Below are positions 1 to 13,800 of a stretch of DNA of 64,000 bases, one piece after another (position 1 is the first letter of the stretch; each line of letters opens with the position of its first letter). Origin of the DNA: Octopus vulgaris (taxonomy: Eukaryota); contig OX597817.1 of the NCBI GenBank assembly GCA_951406725.2, forward strand, positions 40,858,001-40,922,000, written 5' to 3'. The position numbers were made by a program, and so were the translations under genes. A model generated the notes under the pieces. The model did not search any database. It was not told where the DNA came from and saw only the letters and a list, made by a program, of their open reading frames with translations.

Positions 1-3000
1 ATGAAACCTTCACTCTCTGCTTTTAGCCCTGAGCTCCATAGCCACTGATGGGTTTGCTTCTGGTCAACATCAGCTTGTTTGCTGTAGGTCACATATTTGC
101 CGTGCAGAGGTTTCTCCTCCCACCTATCAGCCAATTGCTCGTGCGCTTTTTTCGTTGCCATCATTTTCACCTTCTTTGCAACAATAGTTGCCGTACTTCC
201 CTCGGGTTGTTCAGTTTGGGTATCCTGCACGAGATCAATAGCAAATTTTTTGCTTTCCTTTATGATAGAATGAAGCTTCTTTCGTCTCTCGTGATTTTCC
301 ATGAGCTTTAGCATCCAGTCATTCGATATTTCGAGATATTTGGCCAGTCCAATTGTGGTTGTTTTGTAAGCTAGTTCAAATTGGATCAGGCCTCGACCTC
401 CTTGGGCTCTGGGAAGGTAAAGGCGATCTACGTCTGCCTTTGGGTGGTGCATCCTATTACAACTCAGCAGCTTGCGTACTTTCCTATCTATATTCTTTAC
501 TTCACTCATATTCCAGTTCAACACATTGTAGCTATAAGTAACAACTGGAACTGCTAAGGAATTTATAGCTAACACCTTGTTACGTGCATTTAGTTCAGAT
601 TTCAGGACTGCACGAACTCTCCTATAACATTCCTTCCTGATCTTCTCTTTCATGCTTGCATGCTGAATACCAGAGCCTTCATTTATCCCTAAATATTTGT
701 ATGTTTGTTCTTGCTCAAGCTCTCTTATGACTGTGTCAACATCTAACACGACTGAATTTGTGGTCTTCACTTTCCCTTTCTGGAAAGTGGCCTTGGCACA
801 CTTCTCAAGTCCAAACTCCATCCCGATGTCATCGCTGAATGCTTTCACGGTGTGCAATAGGCCTTCAAGTTCATTATTGTCTTTACCATAAAGTTTTAAG
901 TCATCCATATAAAATAGATGGCTTATTTTTTTATTGGCAATTTTATACCCATACCCTGTTCTGTTTAATTCACTTGTAAGGGGTATTAGGGCTATGCAGA
1001 ATATTAAAGGTGAAAGTGAGTCACCTTGAAAAATTCCACAGTTGATGTTTATATTTTCTGAGGCAAGTACTCCATTAGAGTGGTATAATTGGAGATTCGT
1101 ATTCCACAACGACATATTGTGCTTCAGGAAGCTTGAAATCACAGGGGAAATTTTGAAGATGTCCAGCGATCTCAAGATATATGGATGCGGTATACTGTCG
1201 AAGGCCTTTTTATAGTCAATCCATGTGGTGCTGAGATTTCTGCACTTGTTGTGACAGTTCTCAAGGATCATACGATTGATTAGCAGTTGATCTTTGCATC
1301 CGTAAGAGCCACGGCGGCACCCTTTTTGTTCAATGGGGAAAATATCGTTCTTCTCCATGAATGCATATGTTTTCTCCGCCAGGATAGATGTTAGGATTTT
1401 ATACGTGGTGGATAGACAGGTTATAGGCCGATAGTTTTTTGGAAGGTTGGTTTCGTTATTCTTTGGGAGTAGGTAAGTAATGCCACTTGCTAACCATTCA
1501 GGTGTTTTCTTTGGGTCTCTCATAATTCCATTGAGCAGCTGAACTAGCTTACCATGTGCGCATGGGAGCGATGCGAGCCAGAAATTCGGCACCCTATCTT
1601 TACCGGGGGATTTCCAATTATGGGCCTTCGTGAGTGCCTTTCTTAGGTCTGCTATTGTGATGTCTTCCCATGCTTGTTGTAAATTTTGGTAGGATCCTTC
1701 AGTGTGTATAATCCAGTCTGCATTTATGTTGTACGTCTTCTTGTCACTCCAAATCCTTTTCCAAAAGTTTTGAACTTCTTCCATGGGAGGGGGTCTTTAA
1801 CGGTTACTTTCTCCTTCCCTATTTCTCTGTAGAATTTTTTGGCATTGGATGTGAACAGCTTATTTTGCTTGTAAAACTTGTTTCTCTTCTCAAATCTTCG
1901 TATTCTTTGGGCTTTTGCTTGGACTTTTTGTTTCAGCGTTTCTTTTATTGATATCAGTTCTTCTCTTGGTGAGGATCCAAATTTTCTCTTCATCTTTCTT
2001 CCTGTTCTGGATCTTACATCATTTCCACATATTAGTTCATTTAATATTGATATTCCCCTCTCATAAATTCAATCTCTTTTTCAATTTTACTTCTCCAGGT
2101 TTGATTTCTTCCCAGGTTTTGTTTTCTTTGTTTTTTCGGGGGCATGCAGCTGGTTTCAATTGCCCTAGCAGAAGCATAAATACTTTCATTTAACTCAGTA
2201 AAATCAGGTTTTAATTCTCCTATTATTTCATTTGTTACATAGTTGCCAATTTGGATTTGTTTTTTATTTTGGTTTGTATTTGAGAGTTTATGAAGTGGTT
2301 CTCTATCATTCATACTTGTATGTTTTACAACTTCAAGCGTATTCAGGATTTTCTGCCTCATTTCTGCCATAGACTCTCTGTGTTCTTCAGCAAATGCGAG
2401 ATCTTCAGTTACTGTTGTTTTTTCGTTTTCCTGGCTATCTTTAACAGGTACAATAGAATTTCTTGTATCTTCATGCCTTTGCGTACTTTGGTCAGATGGC
2501 AGTCTTTCAATTAAGCCTCGTGGCGGGCTATACTGTTCATCTGATTCTTCATTTCCTTTGTGCCTTATATTTATGTCATTTTCCGTTGCGTGCTTGATCG
2601 CACTTATTTCACTGTCTGTGAGTCTGTTATTTCTAAGGATATCCCTCTTCACATTTGCTAATTTGTTCTCGTCCAAATAGGGCCTACTGTCTTGATTCCG
2701 TGTTCTCCATATACTGTAAGAGTTTGCGGTGTGTCTCTCTTGAGATGGCCTACCTAATGCATAGTAATAAGCATATATTACTTCTTTATACTCTTCTCGG
2801 GTCCATTTGTTCCGCTTACATTTTTCTTTCTGTGGTGGTTGTGGTGGTGAACTTGGAGGGCTCGAGTTGGGGGATTTCCCGTTCAAGTGACCATCCATGT
2901 CCGTATTCGGAGAAGAGTTTGTGCCAGTTGATGACTTTTCGATCCCAGGCTGGCTCTTCCCTGGGGGACGCGCTTCCAGATTAACCATAGGACAAGCGAT

Positions 3001-3042
3001 TTGGTATACTGATTTAGTTTTCCTTTTAGTTTCCAAAAACAT
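1..3042 (-). mobile_element. R4/Dong-clade non-LTR retrotransposon ORF (RT), two frameshifts, runs off window start
   Basis: Minus-strand translation: N-terminal KWTREEYKEVIYAYY; RT motifs NYRPITCL, WIDYKKAFDSIPH, GIFQGDSLSPLIF, HLFYMDDLKLY, YKYLG; then HHPKADVDRLYLPRAQGGRGL and WEEKPLHGKY...GLKAESEGF. The frame is open from ~1785 to position 1. Frameshifts near 2045 and 1790. Confidence 0.88.
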
Positions 3043-3149
3043 TTTGGTGCTACGATAATGTTATCATTTTTTAGCTTTGATTGGCTCGTGGGGAGACGGC
3101 CATCATTGCCGTTACAATTATAATCGTACCATTATAGCAGCCGTAGTCG

Positions 3150-3260
3150 GCTTATTATTGTTATTATCATCACCATTATTATCACTATCATCATTATCAC
3201 CACCATTACCATCATCATTATCATCATCACCATCACCATCACCACCATCATCATCAATGA
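3150..3260. repeat. (ATC/ACC/ATT)n trinucleotide microsatellite
   Basis: Runs of ttatcatcaccaccatcatca seen directly. Confidence 0.85.
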
Positions 3261-3663
3261 TATTGTTTTATGTGTAGTCACAGCAGTATCTTATTATTGT
3301 TATTTTTGTTTTTTTTATCATTATCACCATCACAGTAGTGTCTGTCTGTCTCGTTGGCTGGCTTGGTGGTTGGCTAGCTGACTGTCTTCAGAGTTCTTGC
3401 CTGTCAAATAATACTTTCAACAATAGAGCTAAGGTGAGGTTTGTGTTGGTTGAACTCTTTGAGTGTGTGTGTCGATAGATAGATAGATTATCAGCACTAT
3501 TACTATCATTATTATCATCATCACCATCATCACCATCACCATCAGTGATATTTTTTTATTTTTTATTTATTTATTTTTTTAATTATTTTTTTTTTTTAGG
3601 TGGGGTGCTATTGGTCAAAAAAAGTTCAGATGTTTACTACTATTAGGCTTAAGAAAAATGAAG

Positions 3664-4560
3664 GAAGGGCTGTTCTGTATTGTTTGTGAATAGAGAAGTT
3701 GTGTTCCACCAGAGAGAATCTTAGCATCATTATTTTTTTTTTTCCATGTGCGTTTGTGTTATTGCAATAAAAAGTGTTTGTATATTTCATGTAAGGTAAT
3801 ATTGTGGAGGTTGAAGTTGACTTTTCTAGAGATGTTTGTATGTCCAGTTAGAAGAACAGGTGTGTTTTTACAATAAAAGGTATATGTTTACATTTATATT
3901 TGAATATTCAGGGAGGAAGCAAAGAAAAGTCAGATTTTCATAGAAAGTTTTAGGGTTTTGTAAGTCCACAAAAAGAAAAGCGTGATGTTTTTAGAGAGAA
4001 AAAAAAAGGATGTTTACAGAGGCAATTGTGGGTATCAAAGTTTTTAAAGCTGGTCGAATGTATGATTGAAAACTGTAGATATGTAAATTTGTAAATTTTC
4101 TTAACTTATTTTGAAGGGCTGTTCTGTATTATTTGTGAATAGAGAAGCTGTGTTCGACCAGAGAGAATCTTAGCATCATTATTTTTTCCATGTGCGTTTG
4201 TGTTATTGCAATAAAAAGTGTTTGTATATTTCGTGCAAGGTAATATTGTGGAGGTTGAAGTTGACCCCTTTAGAGATGTTTGTATGTCCAGTTAGTAGAA
4301 CAGGTGTGTTTTTGCAATAAAAAGTATATGTTTACATTTATATTTGAATATTCTGGGAGGAAGCAAAGAAAAGTCAGATTTTCATAGAAAGTTTTAGGGT
4401 TTTGCAAGTTCACAAAAAGACAAGTGTGATGTTTTTAGAGAGAAGAAAAAAAAAGGGTGCTTACAGAGGCAGTTGTGGGTATTAAAGTTTTTAAAGCCGA
4501 TCGGATGTATGTTTGAAAGCTGCAGATATGTAAATTTGTAAATTTCTTAACCCACTTTGA
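3664..4560. repeat. Tandem duplication of a ~449-bp unit (2 copies), possibly within the R4 5' UTR
   Basis: gaagggctgttctgtatt..gtgaatagagaag starts at 3664 and again at 4113. The copies stay colinear to ~4560. Confidence 0.9.
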
Positions 4561-4670
4561 AGAGAATTTCAAATACTCACGAGGTATTGTAGATGTTCCA
4601 GTCTTTGAGAGTTATTTTTCCCCGTTGCTAAACTGGCCCATATTAGTGTTTCTATGGCTTTCGGCCACCC

Positions 4671-4700
<30 letters not shown>

Positions 4701-4701
<1 letters not shown>

Positions 4702-5135
4702 AGCAGTGAGCTACCAGAATTGTTAGCACACTAGACAAAATGCTTAGCCGTATTTCGCCCATCACTACCTTCTGAGTTCAAATTCCACTAAGGTCAATTT
4801 TGCCTTTCATCCTTTCAAGATCGATAAAATAAGTACCAGTGAAACACTGGGGTTAGTGTAATCGACTAGTCCTCTCCCGCCAAATTTCAGACCTTGTACC
4901 TTTAGTAGAAAGGATTATTATTATTATTAAAGTGGTGAGCTGACAGAATCATTAGCACATTGGGCAAAAGGCTTAGTGGCATTTCATCTGTCTTTATCTT
5001 CTGAGTTCAAATTCTGCTGAGGTCAATTTTGCCTTTCATCCTTTCTGCATTGATAAGTACCAGTTGAGCACTAGGAGCATTGTAATTAACTTACCCCACC
5101 CCTGAAATTGCTGGCCTCATGCCAAAATTGGAAAT
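4701..5135 (+). mobile_element. Two tandem tRNA-derived SINEs (family A) set in (TTA)n tracts
   Basis: Heads gcagtgagctaccagaattgttagc and gtggtgagctgacagaatcattagc, B-box-like gagttcaaattc, central gcctttcatcctttc..gataa..aagtaccag. The same family recurs across the window. Confidence 0.85.
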
Positions 5136-5169
5136 CATCATCATATTTTTATTATGATAGTATCATCAT

Positions 5170-5420
5170 AACAGATAGGTGCAATGTTACATCTCTGGCT
5201 AACTACATATGGTATTTAAAAGAAGGAAGAATGCCATACAGAATTAAATGGAAGCTTCTGGAATACCCTGGAACCCCTCGATGGGAGCAGATGATGCAAG
5301 CTTTGCTTAGCCAAGTGGGCAAGGATCCCAAAAACTTCACTTGATCCAGGGGCCTTTTTAAATTCCAAAAGTTATATATTTAGTTGTGCCCTCATGAGTG
5401 AAAATTCATGTTCACAACAT
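5170..5420 (+). mobile_element. Penelope-like element remnant (C-terminal part of GIY-YIG endonuclease region)
   Basis: TSLANYIWYLKEGRMPYRIKWKLLE, then across frameshifts GSR*CKLCL and LNSKS. This resembles the PLE pattern TxLSxYIWxLK..YxIKW..CxLCLxEK..LNxRxE. Confidence 0.65.
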
Positions 5421-5778
5421 GGACTTTCCCACTTGCTGACAAGGGAACAGAAATTGTAAATAAACTGATCCTTTTCGGACACAACTGGAACTGTTCAAAG
5501 TGAGATAACTCCATCTCACCCAGAAGTGGTTTCCACTTTTAAGAATTTCATTCAGATGTCTTTTTCACAACCTTGCTGACCAAGACTGTATTCTTACCTC
5601 ATTAGTAAAGAAGTTATGTGCCTCCATCCAGCAGGTCTCATGGGTTGCCTATATTACTAAGAGCAATAATATACCAATGGTAATTTTGTGACCAGCCATA
5701 ATTAAAGGCTTTATAAAATATTACTGCTTCTCATAATTTTTTAGTGTGTTTTTTTTTGACTTATGAAAAACTGACCAA

Positions 5779-5817
<39 letters not shown>

Positions 5818-5958
5818 CACCTTGACCGACCAGTCCATCGAGCGTCTATTTGACACCACTGGTCACAGCACGCTGTCCACTCCTCTCTGGATCGCGCCTT
5901 TCTCATCCACGTGATCCCAATCGTCCTCCTGAAATCGTAACTCCACCATCGTGGAGGG
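5818..5958 (-). mobile_element. 5'-truncated 3' end of an RTE-clade LINE inside a (TA)n tract
   Basis: Minus strand encodes PPRWWSYDFRRTIGITWMRKARSREEW, matching the RTE C-terminal RPxxRW..WM..A..R..W motif. Flanked by TA repeats on both sides. Confidence 0.7.
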
Positions 5959-5960
5959 CT

Positions 5961-6132
<172 letters not shown>

Positions 6133-7559
6133 AGTTCAGTTAAAAGCACACTCTAAAATATATATATTATGTATGTCATTATTCAGTTTATTTCAAGATC
6201 TCTTGCCTTCAACATCAACAACAGAGTATTTTTGTTTGTATGTATATATGCATGTATGTATGTATGTGCAGATTTGTATGTTTTATGTATGTATTCTCAT
6301 GCATATAGTTGCATATCTAGACATGCATGTGTATGTATGTATGTATATTTGAATACATCTTACACAGAGATATGCCATTATCATCACCAATATCAATATT
6401 GCAGTATCCAGTACAATATATTTTACAATTTATTTCAGTCCCCACAATCATTATAGTCTTGGTCATATTTGTGTCATTGATTCTGGTTGCCAAGGCCCAT
6501 TATGATTATAGTTGTCTTGGTTGTCATGAAGGAATGTTGTCATGGTTGTGTCTGTCACGGTTTGGGTTGTTGTGATCACTATGGCAGTGTCTGCTATAGA
6601 CATAATGAATGTGATTACAATCATAGTCAGTAGGTCATTACAAAAAGTGGCATGATTTGGGCAGGTTGTGGGTTTTGGTGCCTTATCAATGAGAACTTTA
6701 GAAGAATTAACATGCCTGCTATGGGTAGCTCTGCAACCAAATAATGAAAACCATACATTTGTGTAACATACCCAAACCATCATATCTTTCCTTCATTGTT
6801 ACCTGTACTAATTCGCCACACATTTTCATCAGTTTGCTTGTGCTCAATAATTCTTTCAAGTTAAAACTGTACACACACACACACATACACATACATATTA
6901 TATCTGGAAAGCACTACTCAACTTATTCTTATTAAGTGTTTCAACTTTCACAACCTAAATATGACAACCATTACTACCCCCATCATCAAATACAGTTCCT
7001 TCAGTTATTCTCTCCACTGCTATCCTCTCACACCACTAAATCAATCCAGCATGCAGTGAGAGAAGTTGCTGTCTTTTGTCTTGCACATTACAAAACAAAC
7101 CCACCAATGCTGGTGCTACAAAAAGCACACAGTACACTCTGCAAATGGTTCATAAAGAACTGAGTAGAGACAGTGCAAGATTTCAGAGCGGTTTTTAGTC
7201 TTGTCGACTGCATGGCAGTCTCTTTAATGGTGATGCCATGAAAAATAACACATATTACACTCTGTAAAGTTGTTGCACTTAGGAAAGTTATCCAGCCATA
7301 GAAGCCATGCCAAAAGTGAGATATTGGAGTATGATATGGTCCTCTGGTTTGTTGGAGCCTGTCTAATAGTCTAAACTGTTCCATAATGGAAAACAGATGT
7401 AAAATGATGATGAGGATGATGATAATGACAATAATGCTGACAAAACAATTTAAACAACAATAATCATAGCGGTAACAAACATAATTGCATCTCCCTTCTA
7501 TGAAATGCCTCACAAAGTCTATACTTGGCTTTTGAGAAGAGAGAATTTTGTTGCCAATG

Positions 7560-7900
7560 AAGTTAGAAGTTTCACAAGATTTCCCTCCCATCCTCAGATC
7601 TGAGACATAATGCTATTAATTGACCTCCCCCATCCCCTTCTGTGTAGCATATATGTATCAGCTAAATAACCAAACCTGTCTTTCCAAGTTGTCACTCGGT
7701 CACTCAATAGCCCTTCATATACTTTTATCATATCATATGCCTGCTCATGTTGGTAGCTATTCCAGTCCAGCTGTTGCACCTTAAGTTAGGATTCCAACAG
7801 AGAGTTTGTGAACTCACTATTTCCATTGGATACATAATGCTATTGTTTTCCTTTATACTGCATAAGGCTTTCAAAGAACTTTTTCTATTGGCCATCTGTG
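7560..7900 (-). mobile_element. Possible degenerate Penelope-like GIY-YIG remnant
   Basis: IKVYEGLLSDRVTTWKDRFG resembles the PLE endonuclease motif YIGxTxxxWKxRY. Heavily decayed. Confidence 0.35.
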
Positions 7901-10089
7901 GTTCCTGTTACAAATAACTTATGCACACACACGCACACGCGCATATATATACTCTTTACTCTCTTTTTCTTGTTTCAGTCATGTGACTGTGGCTATGCTG
8001 GAGTACCGCCTTTAGTCGAGCAAATCGACCCCAGGACTTATTCTTTGTAAGCCTAGTACTTATTCTATTGGTCTCTTTTGCCAAACTGCTAAGTTACAGG
8101 GACGAAATACACCAGCATCGGTTGTCAAGCAACCAATTGCAGCTTGACCTGGAATGGCTCCCTGATATCTGAGCTATGCACCCTGTTGAGTAATGTTGCT
8201 AGGGAGATCCTTCAGAATAACCTTATTTCAGCCACTTATCCCTTTCAAAATGAGACATGGGAGGTTTTGTGTTAGTATCTGCAAATGACACTACAGTTAA
8301 AGTGTCAGACACAACACAAATGAGGCTGGTTGACACAGTTCTAGAAGAATATGAGATAATAGCAGATGGTACAGATTAACTCATGCAAGTCAGTGGGCTT
8401 GTAGCTTAACACCTGGTGAGACAAGTCCATGCCAATCAGACAGTGTCATGGAGTGTTAGATTGAAAGACTGGTTAAACTGTTCAGGATATGGATCATTCT
8501 GGACTGCTAGGCAGATGGAAACTGAGATGTGGTCACAAGCAAGGTAGCTAGTTTGACCCAGAAATGGGCTGAGAGGATGCTATCCTTGAAAAGACAGCAG
8601 AGATGGCAAACATTTATCAATACATTGTTTCTGTCATAATTTACCAATTGATCATCATGACTTGCCCCAGTTTTTAGCTGCTTCTTGTGAAAGGGATGTG
8701 TTCCACTAGTCAGACAATCCATCTGCTGTCAATATTCTCATGCCGACTGATGCTTTGTGATTGAATTTGGTAGGCGGAAGTTACTGCCATGTGTGTATAT
8801 GTGTGTGTAGGTGCTTGTGCCTCTCTGAGAGAGAGAGAGGGAATATGCTGGGGTTGCAATTTCTACAAAAATTCCCAGATGGTGAGTAGATACATCTCCA
8901 TTTGTAAGGCATATCTTTCTGTAGCTCATCTCTTCAGTGAAGTTGATGTTCTGAGTGAAGCATATACTATGTCTGAGCATATGTGGAATGTTGTGAGATG
9001 TTTACCCCTCCTTGCCATGCAATACAGTCAGTGGAGGTTCCATGTTAGTAATTCATAGGGGATTAGTGACAGGGAAGAATAACAATGTTCTCAGGGAGGG
9101 TTCTGAATAACAACAAGGATGAACTGACTTGTCTGTTCTAGAGAACTTTAGGCCAAGGACTACAAAGACTTCCATAAATCCTTGGCCTGCTAGCGCTACT
9201 GAATGGTACTACCAATTCAAGATAAACTCTACAGGCATACAAGTGCCATCAGCTTGGACCGTCTTGAATACATGCAAAGCAATGATATCATTTGGCATAC
9301 AATTTAGTATCTATGCATTACCAACTTGTGGAGTTATATCAAACAGTTATTGTTGCAGGTAGGACAGATCCGACTATCAGCTGAATTGTGAAAATTGCTC
9401 TTCAACCCTCCTTTAAACAAGAAGGTCAGGTAGTGTTCTTTCTGGTAATATATGATAAAAGAGGTTGTGTGGTAAAGGAGGCTGAAAGGACTGAAGGCAG
9501 ATGTTTTTGTTTTTGGTCAAGTTGTGGTGTTTGTGGTATTATGGGCTGTGATGAGCTATGTGGTGTTGGTGGAGAGGATTGCAGATGAGGTAGACGAAAG
9601 TGAAGACTGCAGAGGCCAGTGGAACAGCCACGGGACATGAGTGGGCAGGAAGCATGTGCGGGCAGTTCGAACAGAGACAGCAGCGTGCAAGGATGTGTTT
9701 ATTTCTTGACAGTGATCACTCATCCTGCCTAGGTCAACAGTCCACTTGGAAAGGAAGGGAAAGGTAGAGAAGGGTGTGCTCACCTCAAGTAAATTTGTTA
9801 AAAAGTGGGTGACAGTTACAGAATGGCAGGAGTTAACTATACCACACAAAGCGTACCTAGAGATCGAAGAATGACAGGGTACATGCCCCTAATGATGAAA
9901 GTGGTCTTGAAACTGTGGGATACCTTAATTAGACCTAGCTGAAAGTCCTCTTGTATCAGGAGGATTTTATTTTATTTGATTTGTTGTTAATTATTGTTTA
10001 TTTTTTGTACCTTATTTGCATTCTGTGTATCCCACATACACACTTTCTGTGATCTGTCTTTATGATGCTCTCTTTATCTGAGTATTTGG

Positions 10090-10613
10090 TTACGGAACTA
10101 CGTACTGAGTAAGCAAAACAAAAAAGCAAAGAACTTTGTGAGGCGACTTTACTTTTATACTTCTGGGTTCAATACGAATCCAGCCAAGGCCAATTTTAAG
10201 TTTCATCGTACTAAGGTCGATAAAATAAGTAGTATCAACTAACACTGTAGTTAATATGATTAACATATCTCACTCTCATAAAATATGTAACCTTTTTCCA
10301 AGTTTATTTCAGAAATCAATGCTGTTATTAAGGAAACAAGACAGGAAATCCGAAGAGAGTCGCACAGAAATATTTTTTTAAATACAAGAGGCGAGAGATT
10401 GCGTGTTGATATGAGAACACGATAGGAAAATCGTGAAACAAACTAATAAAGTTTTTCTGCTGCACTCAGCAACAAGCATACACCAAACACGTGCTTTTGA
10501 CAGATAAACGAGTCGCTCTTTCGTTTTTACACTCAAGTCACATGATACAAATAACTGTCCCAGTTTATTTGTATCTTCTGACATAGGAGAGGTTAACAGT
10601 AGCGATCTTCAGA
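10090..10613 (+). promoter_or_regulatory. Putative promoter/5' UTR region of the sortilin gene
   Basis: Lies directly upstream of the signal-peptide ATG. CpG dinucleotides look more frequent here and in early intron 1 than in other non-repeat intron sequence. The TSS cannot be determined. Confidence 0.4.
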
Positions 10614-10865
10614 ATGGCGTCGGTACTGGCTCGTCATTTTGCATCACCTTACCAACGATTCTTTCTCCTTTTGTTTGTTTTTCTTGTCTATAACCATGTA
10701 AAAGCTCGGGAGGTTATTCACATGGAAAAAAGAGACATTTCAGCCTCAAAATATGAGCACAGTCATTCGCAAACACGATTTAAACGCAGTGTTGACAACA
10801 AGTGTCAGGAACAAGAAGAGAAATTCTTACAAGATTTGAAGAATAACAAGAGTATACACGAAGAG
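10614..10865 (+). CDS. SORT1: Sortilin exon 1: signal peptide and propeptide with furin site RFKR|S
   Basis: MASVLARHFASPYQRFFLLLFVFLVYNHVKA...TRFKRSVDNKC...KSIHEE. Donor GAG|gtgtgt, phase 0. Confidence 0.85.
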
Positions 10866-13800
10866 GTGTGTATAATTTGGCTTTTTTCTTTAATCGTTAT
10901 AGGAATTTTTTATGTTTCTCTTAAAAACGCAATAGCAACAACTAATTAACCCAATTAATTTGTGGCTATTAAATGCCTTGTCTGTACAAGTTTAAAATCG
11001 TTCAGGGCTTGAGGAGAAGACGACTCGTGATGGAAATAAAACCTCCTCTGTTTTTCATTATTAATCAAAAATGAAAACATTTATTACACTAAAACACACA
11101 CGCCCGTATTTTTATGTGCTGCGTATGTATTAAACGTATCCTCCCTAATATTACCCTCTCCTACTGAAGTTAAATTTGTGAAATTCAGTCATATGGTTAA
11201 TCTATTTACGCTGTAAACATTAACGAGTTTGCAAACAAACACTTCTAAATATATTTCTTATTCGATGTTCTCTTTCCATATTTAAACTATTCCTTCTGCC
11301 TCTTTGATTTAATTTCAATGGTTTATTATTGAAACTTCGTATTTACGTTTATATTTGCTTCCTTGTTGTGTTTATATTGTTAGTGAGCAGCCTTATAATG
11401 TGCATCCAATGTGAGGTGTGGTTGTTTATTAGTGTATAGTGTACATTGTTCACGATTCAGTATTATATTCATTTCACCATTTATCTTGAACACATCGATA
11501 CGTTACATTAACCTTTTTTTTTTTTTTTGTCGATCAACTCGTAATAATTTTTACATCTTAAATCCGAATTATTTCTATTGCCTGATGTTGTAATGTATAC
11601 AGATGTACACAACTCAGTGTGTTTATAAAATAGATTTTCATATTCGTGTTAGCATAATGAACGTCTGGTAGCGACGTAAGTCGGTGTAGCTTTTAATAAT
11701 CTTAAATATATTTTTGTATTCTGAAAATATTGATACAAATGCAGGAAATGTGTGATACTACTCATAATTTCAATTAGAATCATCGAAGAAACTAAATATT
11801 AAAGAGCCGAATATATTGAATATCGTAATAATATATATATATATTAAAAAAAAACAAGATGACTAATCAGTTATAAAATTGAAAATGTTACATCTATTAT
11901 AATTTTGTTGAATCGGTTGTGTAAGTAAAACACGATTTTAATCAGAAATGGATGAAACTGAATTGCAGACGCTTAATATTTTAGTCATGCGAGCCAACGA
12001 AAGGTCCTCCACGCAGCCGCTCGACCTGTTAGAAATAGTAACAAATCCCTCTTTCTGTCCCTCCACCCACCCCCAAAGACAAAAGTTACAAGGGCACATT
12101 TTATAGTCTACAACCTGAAAACGAAAATAAAACGAAATTGCCATGCCTAAAGTGCTTCTTTGGTCATAGGTCTGCTCATTCTGGAGTCATTTAATATTAT
12201 CAAATGTTCGTTCTTTAACCTATTATATATATACCTTTCTAAAATATTCTTCACGTGTATCTGTATTTCTTCTTAGCTAACCTCTAAGAAACTTTATCTT
12301 TTCTTATAAAACTGACTCGCATAAAATACAAACTCATAACAGAAAATACTTTCATCTTGAGACTCGAACTCTTGTTTACTGTTGTCATCTTAAACCAGTG
12401 AATCTCAAATTGACGAATACCAGCCTCATATATATTTAAGTGTAATTTCTTGTCCCTTCTTCCTCTTAAAACAAGATTGAGTTTGCATTGATATAATTGG
12501 GGTCTTTTGTCATGGTGTTGAACAAGTTTTAAACCTACTTAATGTTATTAAACATGGTACTTTATTCGTCACCTATTCAGTCTACGCCCTCCACCCCACC
12601 ATATGATAGGGACCTTGGGGGAATGTTTACAACCAGCTGGATGGATACTTATTTAATCTATACTCGTCGACATTATCCTAAACATTGTATAACGTAAACG
12701 TTCTACTGTAATTCTAAACAGCAGCTTATGATATAGTAGTTAGTAGGGTAGTCTTATTCGTGTGATATGGCTATGAAATTATATAACACCTGTCATTAGG
12801 AACAATTTAATATATATGCATATTTTGAGAGAGTATATCGTTGCTCTGTTGAATGCTTCCCCTCCACTTGTCGTCGTCATTTGTATTATGTACGTATATC
12901 CAAACAATTATTAAACGCTGTACATAAGTAAAGAAAATTCAATTTTCTTTGTTCTAAATTTCTGATATAACAGGTTATAATTTTTAATTTGTTTTAACTT
13001 CCTGTGAAACACAAAAACAAAAATTAGGAAGAAGTAGTCTTAATAATAATAATAATGAATTGCAGATAATTTATCTTATTATATTTGACTTTTTAAAAAA
13101 AATTAATTAGCAAGTCTTCCTAAAATACTCTTTTTCATTCACCCCGTTAATGTTTTTATTTTAATAGTTATGTTGATATTAGAAAACAAGCGCTCTATAA
13201 TTTTCATATTAGAAAATATTCCACTCTCTGTTGCTGAATCCGCTAGAATAGTCGAATTCAAAATTAGGAGTCGTTGATTTTTCATATTCTTTCTCTGCTG
13301 ATCTATTAGTAAAAGCTGCTGCTCGTTAAAAAGTATGAACTGGTGTTTACATGAGTGGTGCATATTTAATGTATACTATTAGGGTACATTCACCTGTAGA
13401 GTGAAAATATGTGATGTGCTTACAATAGAAAATACCTGTGTCAGAAGAGCAGTGATGAGGTCGGTACTAAGGATATTGGGGTCCACACAAACAAGATAAT
13501 GTTGAATGATAAACCTAGTAGGTCACTCCAACTCTTCTCAACACAGGTATAGATACTAAGACGGTGACAACGAGGACAATGTTTATTTGATATTACTAGT
13601 TGGCGATTTAAACAGTTCTTGCTAATAAATTATTTCTTGTTTTCTTTTAAAGACCTTGTCTACTTTAATTTTGATTTCTACTCACCCTGTACCGAAATAC
13701 GTTTGTGGAAGGGAATTTGGTAGTTAATTTGATGGCCTTTCCAGAGAAGTGAAAGACAAATTTGACTCAAGTTTGATATAAAATTAAAATGAAGTTTAAC

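Noticed and set aside
4561-4670. Possible HDV-like or hammerhead ribozyme at the putative R4 5' end
   Set aside because: Hairpins are present (TGGC-CGAAA-GCCA, AATAC/GTATT), but I could not build the HDV nested pseudoknot or find a CUGANGA core.
7167-7222. Hammerhead-like ghost on the minus strand (cagt-cgacaa..gctct-GAAA-tcttgc-actg) downstream of the PLE-like remnant
   Set aside because: Stem I and GAAA are plausible, but the CUGANGA core and the cleavage triplet are broken. It cannot be distinguished from chance.
8130-9930. GC-richer stretch with faint Penelope-like peptides on the minus strand (SKWTVDL, NINFTEE)
   Set aside because: The motifs are too short and decayed to call without a homology search. 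No splice-consistent exons found.
10866-10949. Hydrophobic C-terminal extension of the 111-aa ORF, suggesting a small single-exon membrane protein
   Set aside because: This is T-rich intron 1 read-through. The donor at 10866 splices in frame to a sortilin-like exon 2.
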